A stretch of DNA of 64,000 nt. Origin: Macrostomum lignano. Its lineage: Eukaryota. The notes below the pieces were generated by a model. The model made no database searches. It was given only the letters and a program-made list of their open reading frames with translations, and was not told the origin of the DNA. Position numbers and translations under genes: made by a program. The first letter of the stretch is position 1. Each line of letters starts with the position of its first letter. Below, one piece after another: positions 39,450-52,439 of this stretch. Where the stretch lies: contig NIVC01000102.1 of the NCBI GenBank assembly GCA_002269645.1, positions 453,950 to 517,949 on the forward strand, written 5' to 3'.

Positions 39450-40440
39450 TAGCCACTGTCCGTCAGCAGAAGTCCGTCATGCTGAGAGAGCTCATGCGGC
39501 AGGCCGTGCGCGTGTCGTGGCTGTCGAGTTGCCACCGATGGGACCAGAGCCCGGATACGGTGGTTTGGATCGCCCTGTTTTGGATCGCCCAGCCTTTCAT
39601 CATCAGGTGCTGATGATGCTGTTCGGCGCTGCGGTCAGCCGCCATTGCGATGTAGGCTAGCTGTGTCAAGATCCTTGCCCTCGTTGTTCGGCGGTGTGGA
39701 CGTGGCTGGCGGCTCAGGACATCTGCCGGGTTGTCTGCCCCCGGCTGGTAGGTGACTTCAAAGGAGATCCTGCAGCCGAAGTACCATGCGCTCGATACGC
39801 GGCGGGAGCCGCGAACCGGGACTGAGCAGGATAACCAGCGGCTTGTGGTCGGTGATGACCGATGACCTTGGACTCTGGGCAGCCGCTAAAGTAGTGGTGG
39901 AATTTGAGGCAACCGAATTTGACGGCCAGCGCCTCCCTCTCTGTCTGCAAGTAGCGCTGCTCGGTGTCACTGAAGCTGTGGCTGGCGTAGGCGATTGGCC
40001 TGGTGAGGCCGCCCGGTTGCACCTGCATGGGCGAGGATCGCGCCGGTCAGGCTGGCGGCGACAATCTGCCTGGTCTCGCAGTTCTTGTTGAAGAAGGCAA
40101 GCGTGGAGCTGTGTGACCGACTGCTTGATGGACTGGAGGGCTGAGTCGAGGCTTGATGTGGCCCCACCACCATTTCAAATTCTTCTTGGTCAGCTCTCGA
40201 AGTGGCCTCGGGATGAGGGATGAAGCGGGCTACGAATGTGACGAGTCCGAGAAAGACCGCTCCTCCGTTGCATCTTCTATAGTCGCTTGAAATTGGCGGC
40301 CTGCTAGGTGGCGATACGGAATTTGCGCGGGTTCAGTCACGTTGGCTCAGCCTGTCGAGGGAATTGCGCAGCCTCTCGTTGTGCTTTTTTTATGGTGCTG
40401 GCAAAGATGATGATGTCGTCATGGACCCACCGCACGCCTC
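39450..40440 (-). pseudogene. Decayed Ty3/Gypsy pol fragment (RT thumb and RNase H)
   Basis: Pieces DDIIIF, FLGLVTFVARFIP, RPIAYASHS..TEREALAVKFGCLKFHHY, TDHKPL, RIERMVLRLQ in shifting frames. Confidence 0.88.
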
Positions 40441-42979
40441 TCAAACCGCTCAGGATGTACATGCATCTATCGTGCTTTTTCTATATCTCGACTATAGTAG
40501 ACCTCTGAATGTCTCTATTGCTTTGTTCTCTTATCAATTTAAGAAAACCCTTTGTTCGTAACCTGTACATGTACGTCTATTTACATGTAAACGCGCATCT
40601 ATCATTCGTTTATGTGTGCGCCTCTATCAACTTATATACACATCCACCGTGCGTCTTTTGTGGGCCTCAATCTATTTAAATACGTCTGTCGTGCGATATC
40701 CGTGCCTCAACTATTAGCTTCCAGTCGCTTATTTAATGGATGAATGATACACACGTGCGAGTATTATTCGTGTAAAGTGTGCGTAAAGCGGGCGTTTTTG
40801 GCGCGTAACTCACTCGCGTATTCTGCGCGTATCCTTACGCACGTAGATTCGCGTTAAAAGGTGACACAAAACGTGTGTTCTACGTGCGTCAATTACGTGT
40901 GAATTACGCACGTGATTGCCGCACGTACGAGCTATATAATACACACGTAATACGCGCGTGAGCAGAGATTGGGATGTACATGTGCATGTAGAATTCTTAG
41001 CTTTGAAACTAAGAAACCCCACCGTAAAATCCAGGGCGATGATGCCCCCGGGCGGTAATAGCAGAAGTAGCAGTAGCAGTAGCATAGGATTTGCTGAAGT
41101 AAAACAGCCTGTTCGGCCAGAATCACGTGTACGAGTCTATTAATTTGGGTTGTTTAATAGTTCAGTAAAGCGATCATTAGTGCATGTCTAGGCTTCTCGA
41201 AATTGCTATTAAAATGGTTCGCCAAAACATAACTTTCTACTGTCAACTCACAACTCAGTAGCGTTATATGCGTACGATGAGAACGTTTCAAATGAAAAGC
41301 AATAAACATTTCACAATCCTTTTTTGGGAATGAATTGCAACATAAATAGCAGAATAGACATTTATTTCCCCAGGTGGGCCGCGGCATGAGGGAAACCGGT
41401 GTTGATCGACTTTTTCCTTTGCCATCTTCCGGGCGGTCCATACTGTCCGGACTGGCAGCCCCTCATTGCTAATTTGACACCCACTTTTGCCACACGGCCA
41501 CGTTGCACAAATTTTTAAATAATTTACCGTCTATCTCTTTAAGGCTCAATCCAAGTTTTAATATGTTGTCTTCGGTACATATCGCCTATCGGTACAAGAA
41601 ATATTTAACTTCGTGAATACATGTATATACAATCGAAGTGAATCAAAAATAAACAAAACATGATTTTAAGCTTCACATGCGCCCCTTCTACCGAAGGAAA
41701 GCACGCCCACACATGCAAACCTTTATGACAGCCTGCATGTGTATCTCGTACTATACGTATAATTTTCATTTACATGTATTCGTACTTGATAAGTCATAAA
41801 TACTATCCTCGTGTTTCATTTCTACTGTCATCAGTAGTGCAACATGAGTATGATGAGAATATCGCGATGAAAAAGGAAAAAAATAACACATTTTTAGTGT
41901 TAGTAAACATAAGTAGCAGATAGGCACATATTTCCTCTAATGAGGCCGCGGTGTGAGGGATGCGGTGGTTGAGACAAAAGCAACTCCTACCCTTGCCAAC
42001 AAGTCTGGACAGCTGACTGATTTCCTCCTTCTAATTATGAATTATGTATGTTAAAGCAAGTTAAACAAATTACACATGTACACTTTCAAAAATATGAAAA
42101 AAATGGTTTGCTTTTGCACACACGATAAAGCCGTTGTTATAATCGCTTTATCGATCGAAGGTAGCTCGTATTATAAATGGTAATGATATTAATGGTATCA
42201 GTAATTTATCAGTGACTGCATACGAAAAATTATCGAGTCCAGAGCTACTAAACTTTTGTTTTTTAAACTAATTCTCACGGTGTCGAATTGCTTTCAATAT
42301 TTTTAGATTATCAGTATTTAAATTTTGTTAATTTAAATATTAGTTAATCAGTTAATAATAATCAATTGTTTTGATGATTTATTATCCAATGCATGTACAT
42401 CATGTGCTTTTTGCCATGTGCCTTCTTCTCCGCTGGGACTTCGTCAATTCATAAGCAGAGTCATCCTGATCTTTTCTTAACTGATTCCGCACAACAGTCG
42501 CTTATTAGCATGTCGGTAAACACAACTTTCTTTCCTCAAATACCAACACAAACTTGCTGCTTCATCTGCGAGTCTGGAGTCGGCCATGTGGTGAGATATT
42601 GTCGAGTCAGAGCTTGCTAAACACCCTGACAAACTTGCTGACTGTTGATGCCTGAGACTGCTGGCAGCAGTGAACCAGCTAAGGCTGAGATTGGATGAGA
42701 GAATAGAATAGGGAAGGAAAGAATGGGGAAGATGGGGAGAGGGAAGGAAAGAAGAAGTAAAAGGCCGTCCTCATCAGAAGTCAAATAGCCAACCCCCTTT
42801 TTCTCTACGATGTTCTGAACGACTCAAACCAGTGTCCAGCCCAAGAGGTCCTTGTAGCTGAATCGAGGACTCATTTAGGAAGTAACGTTAAGGTACATGC
42901 ACCAGCGTACAGCATGAGAATTTGTCAAACTTTTTTGGGGTACTCGTAGTTGTTTATTGCGCACACCATCAACCCATGA

Positions 42980-43420
42980 AGAGGACCTCCGATGGTCTGG
43001 AGTCTGTCTCACAATGATGAAGTATCAATAAAGTGTCGGGCATAACATCGCCTGCCGCACCTCATCGGCGCTCAGCTGCCTGCGGGAAACTCCGGAGCAC
43101 CTCATGTAGAGTCGCTGGGATTCAATATCACTTTGAAAACTCTTTAGCTGCTGGAAAGCCATTCGAGGGAACAGCTCACAATTCCATAAGTCACGTTGCA
43201 ATGCCCAACTTGCTGAGGCTCTGCAATGGAAGGGGAGTCCAAAACGCGGTGGTTCCTCATTGCCAGCCGAATGTCGCACCAGCTGCAATTAGGGCTCAGT
43301 CCGGTCCAATGGTACGTGTGGTAGCTGGAACTGGAATTCGCTGCTACTGCTTCGAGTCAGCCTGAAGTACATGTGGTCAACTCTGATGCATTCCTGAGAT
43401 GTCTGTCTCTGAGGAATTCT
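42980..43420 (-). pseudogene. Degenerate non-LTR retrotransposon fragment
   Basis: Shares GVSRRQLSADEVRQAM-type sequence with the LINE piece at 46.7 kb. Confidence 0.45.
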
Positions 43421-44227
43421 GTGGCATACGCTCGTATGGGGCTGCTGAGATCTCAAAGGTCAATTGGGAGTTTTTTGTTGGCCAGGTATCAAAGGCAGAC
43501 TTAGGGTTAAGTCAAGCCCTAAAGGGAGGCTTTGATGCCAAAGCTCACAGGAGATGCTGATATCTGACGCCAGATGGCTGGCTTTCAGGGCTGATGCTTC
43601 TTGCTTTTAACATAATCTTTTTGAAGAAATTCTGTGAAAAGCTACTTGTAGATAATTCAAAATGTTTTATTCCTTTCTTTGTTGCCTCAATAACAGGGGA
43701 GAAGTCGCAGATTGCTGGTTTCTATTCGAAAAGCACCGAGACTCCGCATATCTTAAACGTTTCTCCAGCCTGAGCTGGTCAGCCTGCGCCCCACTCTTTG
43801 ACGTCACTCTTCCACATCTCCAGCGCTCCCTGGCTTGGGTGGCGCAGCCAGCGCTCCCGCAGCCCGCATGCAAAGTCAGGCAGGGAGGCCGTGGGGCCGC
43901 CCGCAGCAACTGCAGCGGCTCTGCCGCCATCAGCTGCGCCTCCGCCTCCAAGCCGGGCCCAGCAGAGCCTTCGAATGCAGCCCCGCTGTGCATGCAGTGA
44001 GCTGCAGTCAGCTGCAAGGCCTCCCCACCGCCTCTGAGAGAGTGACTGCGGACTGAATTCTGGAAACTCTGAGAAATCACGGAAGACTCAGCTTAACTGG
44101 TAAGTTTGTTGAGCGCGGGGAATGAGCTGAGATTCCGCTCTCTACATCTGCCCTCTCCCAGCTCCCTCTCCTTCCGCCCTCTCTCTCCGCCTCCTCGCTC
44201 TTTCCTCTCCTCCTTGCCATCTTCCGA

Positions 44228-44710
44228 CGCAAATGCAGCTCCAACCCGACATTCCACATTCAGACCAAATGCAGCTCCAACCCGACATTCCACATTCAGA
44301 CCAAATGCAGCTCCAACCCGACATTCCACATTCAGACCAAATGCAGCTCCAACCCGACATTCCACACTCAGACCAAATGCAGCTCCAACCCGACATTCCA
44401 CACTCAGACCAAATGCAGCTCCAACCCGACATTCCACACTCAGACCAAATGCAGCTCCAACCCGACATTCCACACTCAGACCAAATGCAGCTCCAACCCG
44501 ATATTCCACACTCAGACCAAATGCAGCTCCAACCCGACATTCCACATTCAGAGCAAATGCAGCTCCAACCCGACATTCCACACTTAGACCAAATGCAACT
44601 CCAACCCGACATTCCACACTCAGAGCAAATGCAGCTCCAACCCGACATTCCACACTTAGACCAAATGCAACTCCAACCCGACATTCCACACTCAGAGCAA
44701 ATGCAGCTCT
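44228..44710. repeat. 36-bp minisatellite, about 13 copies (CAAATGCAGCTCCAACCCGACATTCCACACTCAGAC)
   Basis: Read directly. Confidence 0.95.
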
Positions 44711-44712
44711 AA

Positions 44713-45712
44713 ACCGCTCGTCAAGCCGCTCTGCTGCTGCTGCTGTTGGCTGCAGTGCTGCATCACGTGACCGAAGCTGCCGCCGACTCTGGGCAGATGT
44801 GGCAGTCGAGCCGCGAGAGCCTCTCCGACTACGTGGCTGTGAGGTCGCTGCCAGCCTGAAGCGACTCTGAATGCTCGTATGCTGCCAGCAGCGACTCCGC
44901 AGTGCAGCTGGTGTCGTTCAACGCCAGCTCTGGCCTGTGCGCTCACTACAGGTGTCGCCTGGGCCTGAGCCACTGCAGGAAGTGCCATAATGCGAACAAG
45001 GGAGCTCAGAGAGTGTGGGTAGGTCACTCAGTTACATATGTCAGTGCTAACGCAGAGTAGAAAAGCTGGCACACCTGTGCACCTGTCACCTTGCAGACAG
45101 CAGGCAGTGCACAGTGTCCGGCTCAGTGGACTTTTACCGCATCTGGACTCAGTACCAGAGCGAGTTCGGCGAGGGACCCGACGGAAACTACTGGATCGGT
45201 GAGTGAATCCCAGATCTGGTTCATTCGCTTGCTTTTCCAGTTCGGATTTCAATGACAAACACCGCCATGACGTCCGCATCTTCCCAGGCCTGAACTCTCT
45301 CCACGCTCTCACTGCTTCTGGTCCTCGTAAGCTGAGGATCCTGATGAAGGCGTGGAACGACTCTGAGCACTGGGCCGAGTACTCCAGCTTCTCCGTGGGT
45401 CCCGAGTCCGGCAACTACCGGCTGAGCGTGTCCGGCTTCTCCGGCAGCGCCGGCATCGGCGACAGCCTCACGGGTCACAGCGGCATGCAGTTCAGCACGA
45501 AGGACGCCGATCATGACACCAAGGGCTCTGGCAACTGCGAAAACATTCGTAATGGAGCCTGGTGGTTCGTCAACTGTCACCACACCCACCCGAACGGAGA
45601 GTACAAAGACTCATCTTCTGCCATCGGAGGCGCTGAAGCAATGGGAGTTATTTGGAGTTGCAACTTTGGCTACTCCTACTCGCTGAAGGAGATCGAGATG
45701 CTGCTTCTGTAG
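44713..45712 (+). CDS. Secreted fibrinogen-related domain (FReD) protein with a Cys-rich/PAN-like N-terminus; 5' part disrupted, possible pseudogene
   Basis: [16 protein letters not shown]|LNSLHALT via intron 45199..45287; [20 protein letters not shown]. Signal-like [11 protein letters not shown] upstream, but in-frame TGA at 44857 and TAA at 44710. Confidence 0.75.
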
Positions 45713-46149
45713 CAGGAGCAGTGTGATGGCATGGAAGCTGCCGCTGCTGCAACCGGCAAATTCGAGAGTTCAATCGGCTTTGAAGAAACTTTGAAATTTC
45801 CTGAAATTTGTGCAAACTGAAATATTTTGCTGCTGTGTACAAAGACTGATAATGAAAATACACGACTTCGAATTTTCGAGCAAATTTGAAATTAAAAAAA
45901 TAATATTGTTCAAATGCCTTCAAATCAATTCAAACAACACTTTGAAATATCTACCAGTTTCTCTTCTGCAACATGCTGCAAAGCACCTGAGAGCTTCCAG
46001 TCCTGCCAATATCAGAGACTGGCAGCTATGAGCGAGCTGTCCAATGCCAGACAGAAACTTTACTACCCGAGAACAATTTTTGTAGCGTCGTTTGCAAGAA
46101 TGCAACCATAGGACTCATTTACTCAGCCTCTGGTAAACCGCCTGCTTTA

Positions 46150-46325
46150 AGTTACCCTCAATTACCCCAGCTAATGCTGGCACCCATTTTACAGCTGGGT
46201 GAACTGAAGCAATGTAGAGTTTAAGTGTCTTGCTCAAGGACATAAATTATTCCGGGTGGGTCGAGATTCGAACCCCCGACCTTTTCAGTCGCGAGTCCGA
46301 CTCTCAAACCACTAGGCTAGAACCC
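46150..46325 (-). mobile_element. tRNA-derived CORE-SINE
   Basis: Minus strand A-box TAGCCTAGTGG and B-box GGTTCGAATC followed by a CORE-like domain; second copy at 24.9 kb. Confidence 0.75.
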
Positions 46326-46499
46326 CCGTACTCATACACATGCTCACACAGGGTGTACAGTGTACAGCGACCCTGACCATCCAGTTGTCAAGCATGTAAA
46401 CTCTCTTATTAACTCTTTTTCATTAGAATCCAAACGTTTATTTAAAAATTATGCCAACACTGATTCTCGTAGGTTACAGGTCTGTATGCAGCTGTAGAG

Positions 46500-47000
46500 T
46501 GTCTAAACCCCCAAGTTTCCAATCGGGTTGGGTCGTCATTATCTCAAAGAAGCCGGGCACCACAAGGCTGGAGGAGCACAGAGGCATCTGTCTTCAGTCC
46601 TGCGCTGTGAAGCTGTTCAACCGGATGCTGTTATCGCAGTACTTGTGTGAGCACAGTGACGCAAATTATAGCCTTATGCTCAGGGACAGAAGGCCTACAT
46701 CGCCTGCCAAACCTCGTCAACACTCAACTGCCTTCGGGCGACTCCGAAGCACCTCGCGCAGTGCCGTTGAACTCCGGGATAGAATGACATTCCAAAGCCA
46801 AGTTGCAGCTGCTGCAGTTCGGGCTCGGGAGCATCCCAGCTGGTGTTATAATAGCGAAATTCGCGCGATGCTCCAACTAACGCGGGATCCAATAAAAAAT
46901 TCTTCATGGCCAGATGAATATCACACCAGGCCTCAATGCAAACAGTTCCAATATTATAGATGTAAGTCTGATGGTGATTCAGGTGAGAACCGTTTCCTGG
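46500..47000. pseudogene. Rearranged LINE (RTE/CR1-like) RT fragments
   Basis: IISKKPG..EHRGICLQSCAVKLFNRMLL on the plus strand, abutting an inverted post-RT piece. Confidence 0.65.
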
Positions 47001-47261
47001 CGTGAGCTGGTAAACTGACAAGTAGAATTGACTCAAATTCAAAGAGGAAGGATGTAGGTAAACAGAGAAGCTGCGCTCCTGCCACGGATTCGAACTGTTA
47101 TACAGCGCTGCAAGTAATTCAACTCCGCTACTGTTCCCACGATTTATGCGCAAGAACATGGTCCATTCGTCAGCGTTCCAAATCGACTCATTGAATGCCG
47201 CGGGAGCTCCGACGTTTTAAAACTCTCTAGAATAAATAAAATCGCTTGCGTTTCGTCTAAA

Positions 47262-48300
47262 TCAGGCCCCGTCCTCTGCTGATCTCTCCACCCCGAACTG
47301 GTCCTCGATGGCGAAGGTGTGCGGGTCCACCAGGTTGTCGAGGCCCCTCCTGAAGTCGAACGCAGCCACGAGGCCGTCCACCTGTGGTGGTGGTGGGGAG
47401 GTGCTGTCCGACGCCTCCGTCTTGCACACGAACCTGTGCCTGCTGTGGCACCTGTCACTGCGCAGTCGACCAGCTGGCAGCGTGACGCAGTTCACAGTCC
47501 AGTCCGCGCTTTCCGGGTGTCCAGTCTCCCATGCGGGCAGCTTGTTTTCGTGTTTCTCTGAGAAGTCCGTCCATTGGTAGCAGAGCTCGCGACCCGCACT
47601 GTCAGGGAAGCAGGGGTTCAGCTTGATGAGGCCGAGCCACACCGAGTCGAGCAGCTCTAGCGACTCACAGCTGTCGATTTCGAAGCTGAGCTTGTTCAGA
47701 AAGTCCAGCTCAGACTGGGTGAGCACCGACGCCAGCTGCGACGAGTTTCGCTGGCAGTAGAAGTTGGCCTCGTGGAAGTTGGCCTCAAACTGCGGCATCA
47801 CGTAGCACTGCTTGTCGTGCAGCCACCAGCCGCTAGGACATCGGCCGCTCGACCTCCACCAGTCGACGAGAATGCTGGAGTCGGCGCTCAACTTGCAAAA
47901 AACAGGTGCCGCTCGTGATTCAGCCACCACTCACCGTCACTTCGGATCAAAGGCTTGTGAACGCTGTCCAGCTGAGAGAAGTTGTGTCTCTCGAAGCTCC
48001 CTACGCTGCCGCCGTCCGTCCACCTGTAGCTTATAGGGTCGGCCAGACGATCGAGGTCGGTGGCGAACAAATCGATCCAGGCGTCTCTGCAGTGAGACAG
48101 TCGGCCTACCAGTCGGTTCTCTTGCTCACTTTGGATAGACGCGAGGTGAGCCCGGTGAGACAGACACGTCTGCTCGGCCTGAAACCAGTAGTTCGACTCG
48201 CTGAACCACTTGTAGCATGACCAATGCTCGACCAATGTTGTAGTTTCACAAGCACAAAGTTCGTAGCGGTAGATAGAAAGCAGGGAGGGCGAGAACCGGG
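47262..48300 (-). CDS. Tandem C-type lectin domain protein, frameshifted near 48222 and 47900; ends uncertain
   Basis: SCYKWF..AEQTC..HLASIQS..AWI..YRWTDG; CPSGW..CYV..ANFYC..LASV..VWLGL..WETGHP..C..C..FVCK. Confidence 0.78.
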
Positions 48301-48689
48301 TGGGGGCCGCGCACGCACATAAATACTGGGTGAGCACTGAGCAGGGGACTGGGTGGGCTTAGCCACGCAGGGCTAGGGTGGGGGGTGGGGGCAAAACTAT
48401 CAGAGTTAAAGGGCGAGAGAGAAGAAAGGGAAGGCTAGCCAATCAGGTGCCTCCGCGGCGAGACACATGATTGGACTAGCCCACGCGAGAGAGAGATTAA
48501 AAGACGCCAGCCAATGAAAATGTGGGTAAATGAAAATGAGAAAAAATATAATGAATGGCAGCTTTAGACGGAGGGGACAAACCAGAATAAACCAGTGACA
48601 GGGAGAGGAGGGAGAGGAGCCCGCGAACCAAAGCCCAGAAGTAATATCAAAAGCCCTCAAAAGCATCCGATCACACACCAATTACACAT

Positions 48690-49195
48690 ATGGCTAAGCC
48701 CAACTATACACATGGCTAAGCCCAGTTATACATATGGCTAATCCCAAAAATACACATGGCTAAGCCCAATTATACACAACATGGCTAAGCACAATTATAC
48801 ACATGGCTAAGCCCAATTATACACATGGCTAAGCCCAACTATACACATGGCTAAGCCCAATCATACACATCATGGCTAAGCACAATTATACACATGGCTA
48901 AGCCCAATTATACACATGGCTAAGCCCACTTATGCACATGGCAAAGCCCAGTTATACACATGGCTAAGCCCACTTATGCACATGGCAGCAGTTATACACA
49001 TGGCTAAGCCCAATTATGCACATGGCTAAGCCCAATTATACACATGGCTAATCCAAAAAATACACATGGCTAAGCCCAAACACTCATCATGGCTAAGCCC
49101 AATTATACACATGGGTTAGCACAATTATACACAACATGGCTTAGCACAATTATACACATGGCTAAGCTTAATTATACACAACATGGCTAAGCACA
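48690..49195. repeat. 22-bp minisatellite ATGGCTAAGCCCAATTATACAC
   Basis: Read directly; related to the array at 55.1-56.0 kb. Confidence 0.93.
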
Positions 49196-49474
49196 ATCGT
49201 ATAAGATGTACCAGTAATTCTAAAAAGAACCGCAAACGTACTCTTGGGACCATGGTCCCAAAGCATGTTGCTTTGGTCAGTAAAAAGGCACTAAGTTTAT
49301 CAAAGTGGTGTTAATGAGACATAAGTATTACACAATGCTATAAAATGACAGCTTCCGTACCCAAATAGGACAACACTAGGACAGGCTCCGTAATAGGACA
49401 AAAATTGGGCCAAGCTTTTTGTGAGGCCAAAAAATACTGCTAGAAACACGACCGGTGTAAAGCCAAATACGTAC

Positions 49475-49575
49475 GTTGCGTTGACTTGGATTGCTTCCGG
49501 AATTCAGGAGAAGAGACACCACATCCTGATGTCCCGTGGTCACCGCATGGTGCAGCGGACTCGACCCACACACTT
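49475..49575 (-). pseudogene. Isolated ankyrin-repeat exon
   Basis: GSSPLHHAVTTGHQDVVSLLLNSGSNPSQRN followed by donor gtacgt; no clean in-phase acceptor. Confidence 0.6.
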
Positions 49576-49609
49576 TTGTCCAGAGCATTGACCAGAAATA
49601 ATAAACATG

Positions 49610-50530
49610 CGACTATTCATTTTTGCATTCATTTTCATTACTTTCGTAAAAGTATAGTATGGTAGTGGTACATGTCTCAGGTTGTCTCAGGCAAAACAGC
49701 TGTTCGGTCAGAACATTGTATTGCATTTATTATGGCATATATTATCTAGAAATTTCTTATAAAATATTTTGCCAAAACATAACATTTTACTGTCAACTCA
49801 CAAACTCAGTAGTGCTATATGCGTACCATAAGAACATTTTAATGGAAACAATTGAACATTTCACTATTTTATGGGTGTTGAAGCGCAACATAAATAGCAG
49901 AATAGACATTTGTTTCCACCGGTGGGCCGCGGCGTGAGGGGTAAACGGTGTTGAGCCAAAAGCAACTCCAACCTTTGCCAACCAAGTTCGGGCGGTCCAT
50001 TATACTGTCCGAACTGGCAATTCCCTCATTGCTAATTTGACACCCACTTTTGCCACGCCGCCATGTTGCACAATGTGCACATGTAGTTCTACCCATTGAA
50101 AAATTTGTTTTCGATACATATCAGCAAAAAATTAAGGAGTACTACATGTAGTTAAGTAGACTAAATATAATTTCATTTACTTAGAAAAATTAAAAAAGTT
50201 TTACGTTTGAAGAATTTGCACATGTAAATTCCGTGTACACAAAATGCTTTAAATGACTTTTACCGGTGGGGCCGCGGTGTGAGGAGATCCAGCGGTGTTG
50301 AGACAAAAGCAATTCCTACCCTTGCCAACGATTCTGGTCGGCAACTGACTTCTGCTACCAGACGGCAATTTCCCTCATACTATTTCGACATCCAACTTTT
50401 TGCTGTACATGCACAAGCATGTACATGCGCATGTCACTTGCAACATGATGCGTGTTTCCACAAATTTAAAAGTACACTTTCCAAACTGAGAATCCATGGA
50501 TGTCCCGCACATAAATCTAGTCGTAATCAT
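49610..50530. repeat. Dispersed about 1-kb module; copies at about 41180-42010 (diverged), 49610-50530 and 56840-57800
   Basis: Near-identical blocks, which is why the same short ORFs (MAKVGVAFGSTPF.., MGRTTCAHC..) recur. Confidence 0.88.
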
Positions 50531-50718
50531 TTTATCGTGCCTAATGGTTGCGTTTCTTTAACACTTTTCAAGCTATACAATGTATGTATTAACCGCTTGA
50601 TAAAGATGTTTTTCGATACATATCGGTAACTTTTCATAAAACTGTAAAAATTGTGTTAGTGGTGTCAAAGGCCTTTCTAGTATTATAAAATGTTTCAATT
50701 CATTGTAAACTGTACATG

Positions 50719-51213
50719 CCCCTTGGTGCTAAAGCCCCTTGGTGCTAAAGCCCCTTGGTGCTAAAGCCCCTTGGTGCTAAAGCCCCTTGGTGCTAAAGCC
50801 CCTTGGTGCTAAAGCCCCTTGGTGCTAAAGCCCCATGGTGCTAAAGCCCCTTGGTGCTAAAGCCCCTTGGTGCTAAAGCCCCTTGGTGCTAAAGCCCCTT
50901 GGTGCTAAAGCCCCTTGGTGCTAAAGCCCCTTGGTGCTAAAGCCCCTTGGTGCTAAAGCCCCTTGGTGCTAAAGCCCCTTGGTGCTAAAGCCCCTTGGTG
51001 CTAAAGCCCCTTGGTGCTAAAGCCCCTTGGTGCTAAAGCCCCTTGGTGCTAAAGCCCCTTGGTGCTAAAGCTTCTTGGTGCTAAAGCTTCTTGGTGCTAA
51101 AGCCCCTTGGTGCTAGAGCCCCTTGGTGCTAGAGCCCCTTGGTGCTAAAGCCCCTTGGTGCTAAAGCCCCTGGTGCTAAAGCCCCTTGGTGCTAAAGCCC
51201 CTTGGTGCTAAAG
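50719..51213. repeat. 16-bp minisatellite CCCCTTGGTGCTAAAG, about 31 copies
   Basis: Read directly. Confidence 0.96.
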
Positions 51214-51698
51214 CAATTAACAAACATTCAATAATTTTCCAGAGGGGAACAAAGCCTTAAATGAAATTGATAGTTATTTGAGCTTTTGGTTTTATTTTCA
51301 GTGTATGTGTATTATTTGCTGCCTAAAACAAACTTTTCCGGTTTTGTCAGCATCTGTCTTAGACAACTAAAATCCATATGTAAATATGATTAAAGATATT
51401 GGAACCGAAAATTTAAAAACTTTAAGGAAAAAGCAGCAACAACATAAACCTAATGGATCTATCAATTACAGTAGGCCGTATGCGAAAACTATAAAGACCA
51501 CAAAATGTTTTAGAGAAAATATCATTTCATCAACTACATGGAAATCAACGGAGTATTCAGGCATACGAGTATATGATAAACTTTTAAGTTTGAGAGGACA
51601 GTCCTCGGTTGAAAATCGACTGAGTAAAGCTCAAACCTCGACTTCAGTGCATGGTTGTTGTCGGTCTTTCTCGAATGTTGTTGGAAATCCGATGAGTT

Positions 51699-52439
51699 TC
51701 AGTTGAACGGAGAGACGCACTCGCACAGCACTGTCTCGGTTGCAAAAGATTCGTGCAGGTCAGAGAGTCCGGCGTCATCCCAGAACCTTGCAATCACATT
51801 ATCCGAAGAAGCACTTGGTTGATGAGCATTCCACAGAGTTGGGTCAACGGTAGTGTTGCAGCCGACCCAGTACCAGCCGCCAGCCGGCTCCGCACTGCCT
51901 GCTGGCTGGAAGCCTCCGAGCCAGATCGACTGTCCAGAGCTGTAGTTCGAGTAGATGGAATCCACGTGGCTCATCTCCTCAGCGCTGGTCACGTCGGCCA
52001 TGATGACCAGACCGCTCTCTGACTCGCACTTCTGCCTGCTCGGCCACCACGTCCCGATGCCAGAGTACAGCCTGTACTTCACTCCGCACAGGTCCATGCC
52101 GTAGCCAGACGGACACAGCGCGCCCGCCTCGAGTCCCGGTCGCTGCTTGACGAACACCCGGCCTCTCCTGGAGCAGCCGCAGCTCCTCACCGACTTGCTG
52201 CACTTGTCGAACACGAACAGCTGGCACGGACCGTCAGCCAGGCTGAACGCCTGACAGCGCTGGTTTTGGGCGCACAGAGCGGCGCACCCGACTTTGTTCA
52301 GCGCGCTTGAGTAGGTCTCAACAAACTCATCGTTGATGCAGAGATACCCGTTGATGAGAACATACAGCTGCTGGTTGTCACTGCCGAGCGTGAGGCCCAG
52401 AGCCAAAAACATCGTCAGGAGATTGATGCTCATCGTCAA
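51699..52439 (-). CDS. Secreted PAN/apple plus C-type lectin domain protein, intronless, 246 aa
   Basis: Hydrophobic signal; CAALCAQNQRCQAFS..CQLF (PAN); W..SRQKCE, MADVTS.EE, IWLGG, WYW, WNAHQPS, LCE (CTLD). Confidence 0.87.
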   Translation of the reverse strand: MTMSINLLTMFLALGLTLGSDNQQLYVLINGYLCINDEFVETYSSALNKVGCAALCAQNQRCQAFSLADGPCQLFVFDKCSKSVRSCGCSRRGRVFVKQRPGLEAGALCPSGYGMDLCGVKYRLYSGIGTWWPSRQKCESESGLVIMADVTSAEEMSHVDSIYSNYSSGQSIWLGGFQPAGSAEPAGGWYWVGCNTTVDPTLWNAHQPSASSDNVIARFWDDAGLSDLHESFATETVLCECVSPFN

